Shown: positions 37,275 through 50,642 of the stretch, in pieces | Layout: each line of letters opens with the position of its first letter | Numbering within the stretch: the stretch's first letter is position 1 | Translations under genes and position numbers: made by a program | Source: Macrostomum lignano | Taxonomy: Eukaryota | DNA: 64,000 nt | Reading direction: 5' to 3' | Assembly: GCA_002269645.1 (NCBI GenBank) | Contig: NIVC01002240.1 | Span: 1-64,000, forward strand | Notes under the pieces: model-generated | The model's input: only the letters and a program-made list of their open reading frames with translations | What the model was told of the DNA's origin: nothing | Database searches by the model: none

Positions 37275-38857
37275 TTGGGTGTTGCAAGTCTTTTCAGTAA
37301 ATTAAAACCAACATGAAAAGTAGTACTCTTCAAATATTTAAGTATTTTGGCAGCTAAAACTTTTTGCATGTGTTCATGACTTGCAATAGTTAATATTACT
37401 CAAAGTAGCTGCCTCCAGCTTCAATGGCTTTCTGAAGGTGTCCTTGGAAAGCTCTGCAAGTGTCATGGATATAGGCTGGTAACATAGCATTCTACTCTTC
37501 TGTCACAACAGCCTTTAGCGACTCAATGTTGCTGTGGCAAACAGCATAGGCCTTGCCCTCAAAGTGCACCTACAGACTATAGTCAAACAGCAACATCTGG
37601 CAATGATGGTGGCCAGTATGACTTTGGCCCAAAGTTCATGTTCTACTCCAGCCACTCCTGTGCAACCCTTGATATGTGTGCAGGTGCTCCATCCTGTTGA
37701 AACACATAATTTCCATAAGGAAAGTTGGCATCAACCCACAGCTTGATTTTGCTAGCAATAACATTTATGTACTCTGCTCTAGTCAGTTGGTATCCAACAG
37801 GAAACCATACCAATGGGCAGACGCAGCCATTCGATGCAATAACACCATGCATCATCGCACTTAAGGGGTACTTGGTTGTTGAAATGAACCTAACTGACTC
37901 CAGAATGTCCTCCTCAAGCTTGATGAGTCTGTCATTGCAACAGTTTTGAGCAGGATCCATGTTGAAGTTCTTCTTGTCACTGAAGATGATGATCATACAT
38001 GCGCAACCTCCAAATTTCGGTCGGCCATGCGACTTAGTTTTAACAAAAATGCGACGTAGTTTTTGGCCAAAAATGCGACTTACATGTAAAAAAACCCAAA
38101 AGCAAAATTAACGCAACTTTGGGTAAACGGCAGGAGTAACTATGACTGTCTTATAAAGCCAAAATGCCTCGTCAGCTACTTAGTACTACTACTCTGTGTT
38201 TTTTCGGGTTGGCATTTTTGCGACTTCCTTGGTTGGCCGCCAAATCGGTCGGCCGGATCGGCCGACTCGGCCGACTGTTGCGCATGTATGATGATGATGC
38301 ATCCAGTAGGGGCTGACTTCAAATCGTTCAGGAGTAGGCTTGCTCTTTCCAGATGGTTCTGCCATATTGTGTCACTTAGCAGAGGCCTCTCCTGCACTGT
38401 GAGGGACTTGCCACCAAGCTTTTCATGGTTCTTGAGAAGGTCAACTTGTGGACATTGAATTCTTGTCCTTGGCTTGCCATTGAATGCTTTGGATTCTCAA
38501 GAATGGCATTGTGAAGCTCAGAATTGCTCATTGCCACTGGCCAGCCACTCTGGGGTTTGTCTTTTAAAGTGTCTTCAACTTCTTCATTGGCCATTTGCTT
38601 CTTGATGTTGTATACTGTTCTTTTAGTGCAGTTTATCATTGTAGCAACATCCTTAGGTTTAATACCTGGGCATAGCAAGGTAGCAATCTGGTACCTTTTC
38701 ACTTCCATCTTTAACAAAGTGGTCGGATTGATCTGAAATGCTAGCCAAAACCTTAGATTATATTGCTCTATAGCTGGTTAAATGGGCTAGCTTGTAATAT
38801 GTATCCTTTTCTATTTATATGCATTTACAGATCACTAAAGACTTTTACAATACCCAG
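37275..38857 (-). mobile_element. Degenerate maT/DD37D-type Tc1-mariner transposon (~1.3 kb without its insert)
   Basis: TA flanks; imperfect TIRs TTGGGTGTTGCAAGTC / CTGGGTATTGTAAAAGTC. N-terminal HTH (38717-38376), IIFSDKKNF, VFQQDGAPAH, YWPPSLPD..FDYS, IEAGGSYFE. Contains stops and frameshifts. Confidence 0.82.
37998..38286. mobile_element. 289 bp MITE inserted into the maT transposase
   Basis: TIR CATGCGCAAC...GTTGCGCATG with TA duplication (37996-97 and 38287-88). Removing it rejoins the transposase at IIII/FSD. Confidence 0.8.
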
Positions 38858-39419
38858 TATCTTTAGATGTACTAAAATAAAATGCACAACATCTACATAT
38901 AACATATAGGGCTATTATAGTAAGCTAACTTAATGATCTTTCAGTTCATAGTGGTGCTAAAATTTGAAAGTACAGTATGCCAAATCATTTGATTTATGTA
39001 CTTAGTTAAAAAAATATGACCTTTCTTTAAAGGTTCTATTATACATAATTTAGCATGCAGATTCTGAATTGTTATGATTTGCATTGCTCACCAAGATTTG
39101 ATTTATATATTTGCATTGCTACTATTTGTTTTTCTAGATATATAACTAGCAATCTAGCGTGGCCCCCTTTGGAGCACCCAGTAAGAAAGGAGCAAAAATA
39201 GTTCATGGAAGTTCATGGAAAACAATTAAAAAAACACATTTTCTTAAAAATCAATTCCTTCTTCACTTTTAAAAATCACCTTATTCATGTAAAATTGTCA
39301 CGGACAAAGATGTTTGCTATGAATATCTTTTTTTCTAAAATTAACAAACAGACAACAAAATATAGCTTTCACAAAGATAACAGACATTTCTCCTAAAAAA
39401 GAAAATATTCCCAAGACAG

Positions 39420-39630
39420 CAAGCATACCCCCAGATAGAAAGAACCCCCTTCAAAAAGTAAGCAACCAGATAGCAAGCATCCCTTAATACTTGTAGCAAG
39501 AATCCACTTAGATAGCAAGCATCACCCTAGATAGCAAGCATTCTGCAGATAGTAAGCATCCCCCGAGATAGAAGCATCTACCTAGATAGCAAGCATTCTG
39601 CAGATAGCAAGCATCCCCCAGATAGGAAGT
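39420..39630. repeat. Degenerate CAGATAGCAAGCATCCCC repeats (reverse complement of the 30701-31610 unit)
   Basis: CAGATAGCAAGCATCCCCCA at 39601-39620 is the exact reverse complement of the array unit. Confidence 0.7.
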
Positions 39631-39849
39631 AGCTAGTGCAAATGTTACCTCTGCTAATGCAATAATCACTTTCTCAAGTTGTGAAACAATCCATGTCTCA
39701 GCTAGTGAAATAATTATTTTCTCATCTAGTGCAATATTCCTTTACTTATCAAGTCCAAAAATTGATGTTTCAGCTAATACAATAGCCTTTTCTAATCTAG
39801 TGCAATACCCCTTGGCTTATCAAGTGCAATATTCCTTCATTTATCTAGT

Positions 39850-40250
39850 GCAATATTCCTTATTATCAAAGTACAATAATCATTAGCTTATCAAGTGCAA
39901 TATTCTTTATTAATTATCAAGTGCAATAATCAATGGCTTATCAAGTGCAGTAATCCTTGGTTTATCAAGTGCAATAATCCTTGGTTTATCAAGTGCAGTA
40001 ATCATTGGCTTATCAAGTGTAATAATCCTTGGTTTATCAAGCACAGTAATCCTTGGTTTATCAAGTGCAGTAATCTTTGGTTTATCAAGCACAATAATTT
40101 CTGGTTTATCAAGTGCAAGCAATAATCCTTGGTTTATCAAATACAGTAATCCTTGGCTTATTAAGTGCAGTTATCTTTGGCTTATCAAGTGCAGTAATTC
40201 TTGGCTTATCAAGTGCAGTAATCCTTGGCTTATCAAGTGCAATAATCCAG
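39850..40250. repeat. 24 bp minisatellite (TATCAAGTGCAATAATCCTTGGTT)
   Basis: About 15 imperfect units visible. Confidence 0.9.
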
Positions 40251-40470
40251 GTCTTTTTAATTAGCCCTTTAATAAAAGCTTTCAATAAAAATTTACACTG
40301 CTTTTACCCTACACAGATTTGAACCCAGGTTGCTATATTAACAGGCTGAGAAGCTGGGCTTGCATCCTATTTGTCTGCTAGAAAAAGCAGTTTTGTTTGC
40401 TAGCAGGCAAAAAGGTGGCAAACAAAAAAATAATTGCACACCTGCCAAAGTAGGCCTCTTAGAACTTTTA

Positions 40471-43400
40471 TCTCTACATATAAAAATCAAAACTCTGTCT
40501 ATGTGTCTGTGGACAATTTTGTTTGCTATGGACTCCCAAACTGCTCAACAATTACACCAAACTTTACACCCACCCTAAACTTACTATGGAGAATATCTTA
40601 GGCTACCTTAAAATTTCCTAAACTCAAGTCTTCTTACCTAAAAGTACAAAAAACTGCTCAAAATTTGCGATTTTTTTTACTAAATCCTCCATAGCGCCGT
40701 TCCAGTTTTACCAATCCTCTTCAAATTTGACATGAACAATCTTCAACTATCTTGACACAATTGTGTAAAATTTCGAGTCTCAAAGTTAATCCTGAATAGC
40801 GCTATGCACTTTTAAAGTTAGGCTGCTTTTTTCAGCGAGATAGCCACTCCAACCTCTGCTGCCTGCCTCTCTTTCATGATCTGGGCCTAGATGTGTAAAA
40901 GGGTTTCAAAATTGACTAACTTTCAGCTGCCATAAGTTTTCTCCGGGTCTACGACGTTTGCCTGCGGGACGTTTGCCAGCCGACGTTTGCCTGCGGGACG
41001 TTTGCCAGCCGACATTTGCCAGCCGACGTTTGCCAGCCGACGTTTGCCAGCGGGACGTTTGCCAGCCGACGTTTGCCTGCCGGACGTTTGCCTGCGGGAC
41101 GTTTGCCAGCCGACGGTTGCCAGCCGACATTTGCCAGCCGACGTTTGCCAGCGGGACGTTTGCCAGTCGGACGTTTGCCTGCCGGACGTTTGCCAGCCGA
41201 CGTTTGCCAGTCGACGTTTGCCTGCCGGAAGTTTGCCAGCCAAAATTTGCTAGCCAATATAAAGCCAGTCAGTGAAAAATTTGATACTGAAATATTCGCA
41301 GTTTAGCGGTTTGACAAAAACCGTTTTTACTCCAACTTTTTGACGGTTATTCGCATATATACAAGTTTGAAAGCAAAATATATAAATTATGCAATTTATG
41401 CAAAATCTATATAAATTATGCAATTTATATAGATTTCCATCTAATATCCAGTTTAACAACGATTTTCTTTGAATGTGAAAATATTGTTTACTTTTGACAA
41501 TTGTGTATCGTTTTTCCCAGTTTGAGATGTTTGATTTTTGATGTGCGAAAGAAGACGCGCAGATTACAACGGGAATCTCCAGCGATTAAGTTATGAGGCA
41601 AACAAAAAGAGCTGCTGAGCGGTAATTCTGACTCATATATTTCTCAGTTCATTGGGAGATCCAAAAGTAAGCAAATTGATTCCAATGCTGTTGTATTACT
41701 ACTCAAGTAAGCCAGGAAACCGCGATCTCAACGTACATGTGTAGATGAGTCGAATGCGGTACGTTTGTATAGTAAGCTATATAGCTGAATAGCCAGACAA
41801 GCCGCCAGTAGCAAGCTAGTAGGATAGCAAGCGCTAGACACTACGTATGCAAAGCTTAGTCACGCCAAGGACTACTAAAGTAGTAGTACGCAGCACTCGA
41901 AATCTATGAAAAATGTTTTGAAGGCCATAGGGAGATAGGAAGTTTTCATCTTTTCAGCACAACAATTGTTATTGCTTTCATACGAGGCAAACCCAATGTT
42001 CATCTTTTGATATGTTGTGCCAAAATCGTTGTTAAACTAGATTTATATATTTCTTAGATTTAGATTTTCTAGATTTATACTATATTTATATATTTTGCTT
42101 TCAAACTTGTATACATGCGAATAACCGTCTAAAAGTTGGAGTAAAAACGGTTTTTGTCAAACCGCTAAACTGCGAATATTTCAGTATCAAATTTTTCACT
42201 GACTGGCTTTATATTGGCTAGCAAATTTTGGCTGGCAAACTTCCGGCAGGCAAACGTCGGCTGGCAAACGTCGGCTGGCAAACGTCCGGCAGGCAAACTT
42301 CGGCTGGCAAACGTCGGCTGGCAAACGTCCGGCAGGCAAACGTCCCGCTGGCAAACGTCGGCTGGCAAACGTCGGCTGGCAAATGTCGGCTGGCAAACGT
42401 CCCGCAGGCAAATGTCCGGCTGGCAAACGTCCGGCAGGCAAACGTCGGCTGGCAAACGTCCCACTGGCAAACGTCGGCTGGCAAACGTCGGCTGGCAAAC
42501 GTCGGCTGGCAAACGTCGGCTGGCAAATGTCGGCTGGCAAACGTCCGGCAGGCAAACGTCGGCTGGCAAACGTCCCGCAGGCAAACGTCGCTATCCCGTT
42601 TTCTCCACGTAAAGCGATTGACTTTAAACTTGACACAATTCTTAATTGACTCATTCTCTGTCTAAATATAAAGTTTTAACTCTCTAACTCAATCAGAACA
42701 GAAACTGTAAGCACATGAAGTTTGTCTGCTTTTTCTGTTGTTTGTGCCACTCACTCACTCATTCCCCCAGAGCCAGACAAAGGATCAGGCGATAGGACTG
42801 AATGTACATAGTAAATGTACAGTGTTTTGGAATAACTTTTTTATAGCCTTCTCGCACCCCGAGAGTGGAGAGGCTACATTTAGCCATAACAGTTTAGTGA
42901 GAAATTCTAACCATTGCCTGCCCTCCCCTCTGTATTGGCAAACTCTGCAGCAATTTAATAGTGGATGGCAATTGGCAAATTGAGGGAATCCAGCAAAAAA
43001 AGCGAAAGCGAAAAGCTGTTTGTAAAAGCAAAAGATTTATATAAAGGCGATGCGATGCAATGCACAATGCAATACAACCCTACTAAATTAGGCACACCAT
43101 GGAAATTTTAGGTTTCTTTTAAAGGTAGTGTGTAAATTTTAAATGGCCTCCTAAGAAATGCGTATTTCCTTGGTTGATGTTAGACTGATGCAGACTGCAG
43201 TGGAGCTGAAGATACACAAATTCCTTTCAGGGCTGCAAATTGGCAAGAAAGATGACATGATCAAAGCATGAGAACAACAATGAGAGTAATACATCCTACA
43301 AACTGGCTTTCGAAGCAGGGATTGGCAGACTTTTACTTCGATAGCCAGATAAAGAATCCAGCTTATGTGTGGGCCAGATGAGAGTGGAAAGGAGAAGGAA

Positions 43401-44496
43401 TAGACTATTAGAAGAAGAGAGGAGAGGCGAGAGGGGGATAAGAGAAAACATGGAAGATAAGAGGAGAGACAAGTGGTGAGGAGAGAGCAGAGAAGAAGGG
43501 AGGAAGAAGCGAGAGGAGGGGAGAAAGGAGGGAGAGGAAAGAGTAAAGGTGAGAAGAGGGGAGAGATAGACAGAGGATCGATGAGAGGAGAGTAGAGAAG
43601 AGTGAGAAGATAGTAGAGATGAGAGAGCAAAAAGAATATGACAGAGGGTCAAGAGGAGAGGAGAGATTAAAGAGGAGAGAGTAGAAAGGATAGAGAAGAG
43701 AGGAGATAAGAGGGGCAGAGAGGAGTGAGAAGAGAAGAGATAGAGATAAGAGAGAGGTGTAAGAAGAGGGGAGAAAGGAGAGATAAGATTGTAGAGATGA
43801 GACAGATTAAAGGAAAGATGAGAAAGTAAAGATGAGAGATGAAAAAGGTGAGAGGAGAGTACAGAGAGACGAGAGAAGATAATAGAGAGAGAGTATAGAA
43901 GAGGGAAGAGAAAAGAAGAGAGGAGTAAGGAAAGAGAGGAGTCAGAAGAGGTAAAAGAGAAGAGTACAGAGGAGATAAGTGAGAGAATGTATAAGAGAGT
44001 AAAGATGACAGATGAGAGAGCAGAGATGAGGGTGAACAGACAAGAGATGGGAGAGAAGAGAGAACAGAGGAGAGATAAGAGATGAGATAAGAGAGATGAA
44101 AGAGAAGAGAGATGAGGGAAGATACAAGAGAAGAGAGGAGAGAAGAGAGAGGAGAGACAAAGGGTGAGAGAGAAGAGAGGAAACAGAAGAGACAATAGAA
44201 ATTTTAAAGGATCTAAAGGACATAGGGAGAGTCAGGGAGAGGCCAGAGTTTGCCAATACATGTTTTAGAGTCAGATAGACATTGCCTGACATTCTTCGGA
44301 GTACCCCAGCCAACAATATCAATGTTTGCCTCAAACCCTAATTTTACACGAATATGCTCCATTTTATGTCTACCTCTATCCTACGAACTATAAACAAGTT
44401 TTTGTTTGTTTATGGCCTTAGATTTCAGAATACATGCAAAAGTATTCCAGGGATTAGAATTCCCTAGGTTCAAATTCTGCAGGTTTCAACAGCTTA
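40471..44496 (+). mobile_element. Non-autonomous Helitron-like element, copy 2, interrupted by a Foldback-like element
   Basis: Inserted between A and T. 5' end TCTCTACATATAAAAATC; 3' end AACAGCTTA|T. Colinear with 22386-25035 once 40945-42606 is removed. Confidence 0.65.
40945..42597. mobile_element. Foldback/MULE-like non-autonomous element (1653 bp) with >500 bp modular TIRs
   Basis: 9 bp TSD GTTTTCTCC (40936-40944 and 42598-42606); GGG...CCC termini. Outer TIRs are built from 14-15 bp subrepeats (GACGTTTGCCAGCC). Inner AT-rich TIR extends to ~41467 and ~42021. Confidence 0.85.
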
Positions 44497-45959
44497 TGTA
44501 TATTATATATTAAAGAAAGTGACATGCTTTATTAGCTTTGCTAGCTCATGCCAAAAGACCTAGTAAAGCATAGTATAAGTTGGTATAGGCCTAATATAAA
44601 CAAATATAAACTAGTAGGCCTAAACCTATTCTAGTTATGCCTATTAATTTACAAAACTTACTTTTAACTCAATTTTTTTTTGCAACATTTGAGTAAATTT
44701 GAGTGAATAGAATGCAACTTTAGCCTAAGGCCTAACTTAAAAATTAGGTTTCACAAATTAATAACTTTGCAATATAAATAAATACATAGAATGAAAACCA
44801 AATATAAACTAGAATAGAATCAAGAATTCTTTGTAATAGAAAACAAAAAACTGCAGTGGGAACAATTTCCATCTTATATGTTTAGCACATTGACGAGATA
44901 TAGGCCTAGCTAAAAATAATAGAACAAATATTCCAGCAAAGCTATGTTGTTATACTGTGATGAAATTGAATATACTAAACTATAAATTATTCTTTATACT
45001 TATAGTATGTGTAAGAAGATAGGATAGACTGTTTTGTCAGTGTGCCATGCAGATAGGACAGAAATTATTCCCATAGCATATTTAGACATCAATAATAAGA
45101 TGGCTATCTTAATCTTGCTCATGTGCCATGCTGCTAAGCAGAAAATTATTCCCATAGTACTGTAGGAATAAGGCAGAAATTATTCCTACAGTACTGTGGG
45201 GATAAGCACTGTTGTGAAATATAGACCTAGCATTCTAGCAACTTAAAAGCCATACTTATTCTTACAATTATGCCTAACCTAGGTGCACTATAGAAAGACT
45301 CATTATAGCAAAACACTAATTTTTATTATTTGAGACTAGGCCTATCTGGCTATCTTGCTTCCAAATATATTGGCAACTAATTGGAATAGTTTTGGTTTTG
45401 TATCAATATCAACTATCTATATCCTAAAGGCTACAGATTACAGATACGCTACAGGGTACAAGAAAAAATACACCTAATAGTAATAATAATGTTTGTTATT
45501 CTTCTTTCATTAAAAATTGTAAAAAATGCAACAATTTACATAGTAAATACTATTATGCTGAGTACTATTACACTGCGATTCTCAGGGATGGAATCAGAAC
45601 TTGTGTCTAAATAGCCGCACACATTAACTGCTCCTTAACGAAAATCACGAAAATCACAATTTAAATAAATTTCTTTCTGTGAAACAAAGAGTCAAACAAA
45701 ATATTGTCTAATAGGCCAAGCAAAGTGTCCATCAGTAGCGTTTTGCTCAAGAAGTCTAAATATTTTGCGTGAAATATTTCCTGCTTTATATTTTACAGCT
45801 CAGTTTGATTACTTAGTAGAATAGACCTTTCCTCTGTTTTAAGATTTTCTGGTAAACAGATCTTCGATGAGTAATTCTCTATCTTAATCGATGACCACCT
45901 CTGCTGATCTTTAATGATGAGCTGGATAACTGTTGACACCCCGCTGACGACAAGGACCA

Positions 45960-46974
45960 CTAGAAGTTACCGTTACTGTTCGTTGTGGCCCATTCGATTT
46001 CATTGATAGTGAAATCCATTTCCAAGTCATCTATCGTGAAGACTTGCTGTCCTTGCTGCTCACTTTTCGATGTAGATATGATGGAATTTGCATATCGTTG
46101 CATCGCTTGTGTCGGCTGTTTTGGTGTGTACTTAGCGTTGCGTAGCCTGTAGCTAGCTATCGTTTTCCGAGGCGCCTCATGGCTCATGCCTTGTTGCTGC
46201 CGATTTTTGATATTGCTGCCATGGCTTTTGTGGTTTCCGATTGTTGAATGGCTGTCTCGGTTTGTAATACTTGTCGTCCGATGAGGACAATTAATTTGAT
46301 AATGTCCTTCTTGTCCGCAGTAGTAGCATCTGGCTTGTGCTTGTTCGTTTCTTCTTTTTTGTTCGGCGATAGCAGCTGTTTGATGTTGCATCAGCTTGTT
46401 TAATTGCTGCGTCAACTTCTGCACGTCAGTGTTGCCTGTTGTCATTAATGGGGCACTGGCTTCCCCATTGCATTCCGCACCGCAGAAGTTCTTCTTCGGT
46501 CTCGATGTTTTCTCGCAAAAGTCTGTCCCGGAGTGACAGCTGTGCATTGTTTATTACATGCAGGATCAGATTTTGTTCACGATCCATCAATCGCTGTCGC
46601 TCTCTAGCGGCTAATTCTGCCGCACCCAAAGGTGGTTGGTTCGCAGCTGACAGTTGGCTGATGCAGTGCCTTAATTATCTGACAGACGTCGTCCACACAA
46701 AGGTTAGAAAGGATTCCGTTGCTTGCATTCTTCTGTTGTGCAGCTTGTGCAGTAGCACCGATCTGTTTGTGCCACAACGGTTGAAGTGCGCGCGCAGTTG
46801 AATGATTAATGCCGGGTAATTTTGCTGTGTTGCCGCATCCAGTTTGCCGTAAATTTCTCGCGCAGTGCCTTGGAGGAGAGGTGGCAACAGTTGAGCCTTT
46901 TCTGGATTTTGTAGGTTGTATTCCCTACATACCAAGTCGAAATGATCCACGAAAGTGTTAAAATCTTTTTCCAT
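45960..46974 (-). pseudogene. Retrotransposon Gag relic (Ty3/Gypsy-like) with CCHC zinc knuckle
   Basis: FNTFVDHFDLVCREYNL..KAQLLPPLLQGTAREIY (capsid-like) and RCYYCGQEGHYQINCP (CX2CX4HX4C). Internal stop at 46675 and a frameshift near 46440. No pol follows. Confidence 0.8.
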
Positions 46975-47726
46975 AGAGAACGTGCCGACTTGGATTGGAT
47001 TGCGCCGCGCAATGTTAAGTTGTTGATGAGATAGAACGGTAGGTCTATTTGTACAGTCTGGGTCTATTTGTAACGGATCTTCCAGTGTGGTGTTTTTCTC
47101 GGAATAAACTTCGACTGTAATGGATTGTCTTGCGGTGTTTCTGACACGTCAATTTGTTACTTGCTGGTCCGAGCGAAGTTGTTCTTTATGTTACTATTGG
47201 CTGACCGCAAACGCACTTTTTTTTATTCGCTTGCCGATTTTGCACTTACGAGTATGCGGCGTCCCACAAAGTGTATCTTCAAGTGGTGTCGAAGGGTAGT
47301 TGTCTTCTTGTTTTGCAAATTCTTTTCTTTTTTTGTTTTTGTTTGCTTTTTGTTTTCCTTTATTAATTAATTTCTGTTTGTTTTAATTGCTTACCGATGA
47401 AGTTGTAACTGATTTTCGGTTTTGTTTTAGCTTGTGCCGACGAAGGTTTTAATTAATTTTCAGTTTGTTTTGAAATTACACTTGCTCGAGCTCGTTAAAA
47501 ACAAAATTAACACGCGTGCTCAAATTATTTTACTCAAAATTGACAGGTTCTAAAGCCTTGTACGCAAAAAATTACTCGAGTTTCACAGAAAACGAAAATC
47601 GAAAAGTGTTAACTCTAACACGTGCGCACAAAATTAATGAAGACGCTCTCTCGTTACGTATCAATAGCTTGATCAGGGCTATTGCTCAAAAAGCTTGAGT
47701 AGTGCCGAGAGGGCGAGATCACCAAT

Positions 47727-48616
47727 TGATGTGTTCCTTACTACCAAGACTTTCTTAGTAATCAAGGAACAATCACTTCTAGCTACTGCTAGGCAACCCA
47801 GTAATCAAATGAAGGTATCTCTTACCTTGAGTCCTGTCTTGGAGAGCTCTTCCTTGTTTTGCAGTTCTCGGATTTCTTGACTCGTTAGACGTCTATGTTT
47901 CGTAAACCAGGTCCGCGTTCCTTTACTTTCACTGAAGTCGTTTCCGGCCGGTATCTGTCGTTTGGACCAATCAGAAGCTTCGTATTATCAATGGGGATCC
48001 TTGCGCCTTAATGTGGTTCAAATAAGCCTTCTCCCTCTAGCGGTGTCTTAAATGCACCCTAGGTATAGCTCCGGTATTCACTGATAGTCTTCTAAAAGCT
48101 ATCAGGGTAGTCCTTCTGGAGACTGCAACCAATAGAGTCTTATAAGACTCAGGAGTCTCAATAGACTCAACAACAACAATAATAATGAGTCGACTTAAAC
48201 ACCTGGCGCAAATGAGTAAGGCTTACCGCAAGAACTCGACCAAGTCTTGATTGACTTGGTGACTAGGAAGTCTTCCTAAGGCTTCCTCTTCGGAGCTTCT
48301 TCCTTCTGAAAGGCAAAATCTGAGGCTCCGGTCCGCTCAGGACCACTTGTATTTATAGGCAAACGGATCTCTCTCGAGGTCGTCCATCACATTTTCGTAA
48401 ATGTCAAAGAGTCACGCTTTGGTTGCTGTCAAGCATGACAGGGTAGAAAGTTAAGCAACTAGTCTAGTGTAAGCGCGGTTATTGGTTTTCGTGGTTGGGT
48501 TATTTTGGGCTTTCTTTGATTGGTTCACCCGGTGCAGGCCGGATGATGAATCGCAGGTAGGGTTTACACTTGACATTTGTAGGTCACACGTGATTGGTCG
48601 GTTACTGAAAATAACA
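47727..48616 (-). mobile_element. Putative 5' LTR of the Gag relic
   Basis: Minus strand starts TGTTATT and ends ..CATCA, followed by AT and TGGTGATCTCG (PBS-like). Internal TATAAATA. No second LTR in the window. Confidence 0.35.
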
Positions 48617-48757
48617 TGTTCGACTTTACTCGATCTCTTGTGGTTGGTTGACTAAAATATACTTGTGATTCAGAACTTAATCTTATACATGCTACTTAGT
48701 ATACTACTGAATAAAATGTGTGAGTAGTACATTAACACTTTTTATGTCTTTTCTTTT

Positions 48758-49012
48758 ACGGGAAGTAGAACACTCTACACGAGATCATTGAAAGCTTTCA
48801 GACGCATCAAAGAATTCGGCTAAGAGGATAGACTTTGAACTCACGGGAAGTAGAACACTCTACACGAGATCATTGAAAGCTTTCAGACGCATCAAAGAAT
48901 TCGGCTAAGAGGATAGACTTTGAACTCACGGGAAGTAGAACACTCTACACGAGATCATTGAAAGCTTTCAGACGCATCAAAGAATTCGGCTAAGAGGATA
49001 GACTTTGAACTC
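48758..49012. repeat. 85 bp tandem repeat, 3 identical copies
   Basis: Units start at 48758, 48843 and 48928. Confidence 0.95.
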
Positions 49013-50237
49013 ATAAATCTTTTATGGTCTGTTAAAATTACGAAAAAAAAATCTAAAGCACTTGACTTTGGCAGCCTGTCTGGCGCAAAAAAGGCTCCGC
49101 TGTCTAGAAATGATTTAAAACCCTAAAAAAGAGAGTAAAATTGGATTCTGAAGAAGTTCAAATCGACCTAGAAAATCATAACCAGCAATTATACTAAGAA
49201 TAATTGTAATAGTCGCAATAATTCTGATATGGTACAGAAAATATGGTCTTGCAAAACCATGTGTCCCGCCTACTTACTTATGATACTTACTTGCGATAGG
49301 TACATAAGTACTTATGATAGTGATGGTAAGCTTATGATAGACTTATCTGGCCCTGAATGGTGCGTTTAGGTTTTCATTGGGTTTTAACGGTTTTTGTAGT
49401 GGCTGGCGATGGATTGGGATGGAAAATCTTTACGTAAATTTAAATACTGTGCCAACCGACTGAACATCACAACCTTTATGTGATGCCGTGATCGTGCCTC
49501 ACGCCCGCAACTCATTCTGACCGGTATGCACAAGCTTCTGATCCAGCATCGTTTTGATTGCTGGGGTAAGATGCAAAGAAGGCAAGTAGAGGAAGGCAAG
49601 ATCGAAGCTTGGTGGTGCTACAGGCAGCAGTAGACTGCTACACTCGTATCTGATATGCTCAAGTAGAAGCTAAACTTTCAGCCCATTAACTCGTGTTGTT
49701 ACGTGGCAAGGGAGGGGTTAACGGCGTTATCGTAGATTTAGCTGTCCCAAGAATAGGCTGGCAACATGGTTTATGTACGGCGCCCCTTGCAGTAAAGATT
49801 AGGCGCCCATGGTGCTGATGCCCCTCACGCTGACGCCCACTGTAAAATAACCTCTCAAACAAAATGACGCACGTAGAATAAAAAATTGACATAGAATCCG
49901 AATTTTCTTAACGAAAAGCTTTATGAATATCAATAGAGCAATAAGAAAGGCACAATATATCAAAATATGAACACTGGGTCTGCCTCATTTCGAAAGCAAT
50001 AACAATTTTAATATGAAAAAAGTGAAAAGTTCCGATTTCCGTAATGTTTCGGCGATAACCAGCCTCCCTAATTTTTAGTTTCCCGTCCTTCTATAGTTGA
50101 GTAGTCTTTGCTAAAGGATCGGGTAGTTTTTTGGAGGCCAATTTCCTGGAAAAAATACCCTGCGAAGATAGGAAAAAACTTTTTTTAATCACAAAATCAA
50201 TGATTTCATTTGATCTCTTGTAGTGAAGATTACCATT

Positions 50238-50642
50238 CCGTCAATAGCATCCGTATAATGTTACTTTGTTGTATCTTAGCTGTGTAGTGAAAGTTTGATT
50301 TTCATTTCATAAGCCCAACCGTCAATAGCATCCGTATAATGTTACTTTGTTGTATCTTAGCTGTGTAGTGAAAGTTTGATTTTCATTTCATAAGCCCAAC
50401 CGTCAATAGCATCCGTATAATGTTACTTTGTTGTATCTTAGCTGTGTAGTGAAAGTTTGATTTTCATTTCTTAAGCCCAACCGTCAATAGCATCCGTATA
50501 ATGTTACTTTGTTGTATCTTAGCTGTGTAGTGAAAGTTTGATTTTCATTTCTTAAACCCAACCGTCAATAGCATCCGTATAATGTTACTTTGTTGTATCT
50601 TAGCTGTGTAGTGAAAGTTTGATTTTCATTTCATAAGCCCAA
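50238..50642. repeat. 81 bp tandem repeat, 5 near-identical copies
   Basis: Units start at 50238, 50319, 50400, 50481 and 50562. Confidence 0.95.

Noticed and set aside
50238-50642. 81 bp (and 85 bp at 48758-49012) regularly spaced repeats as a CRISPR array
   Set aside because: Whole units are repeated with no unique spacers, there are no cas genes, and the context is eukaryotic.
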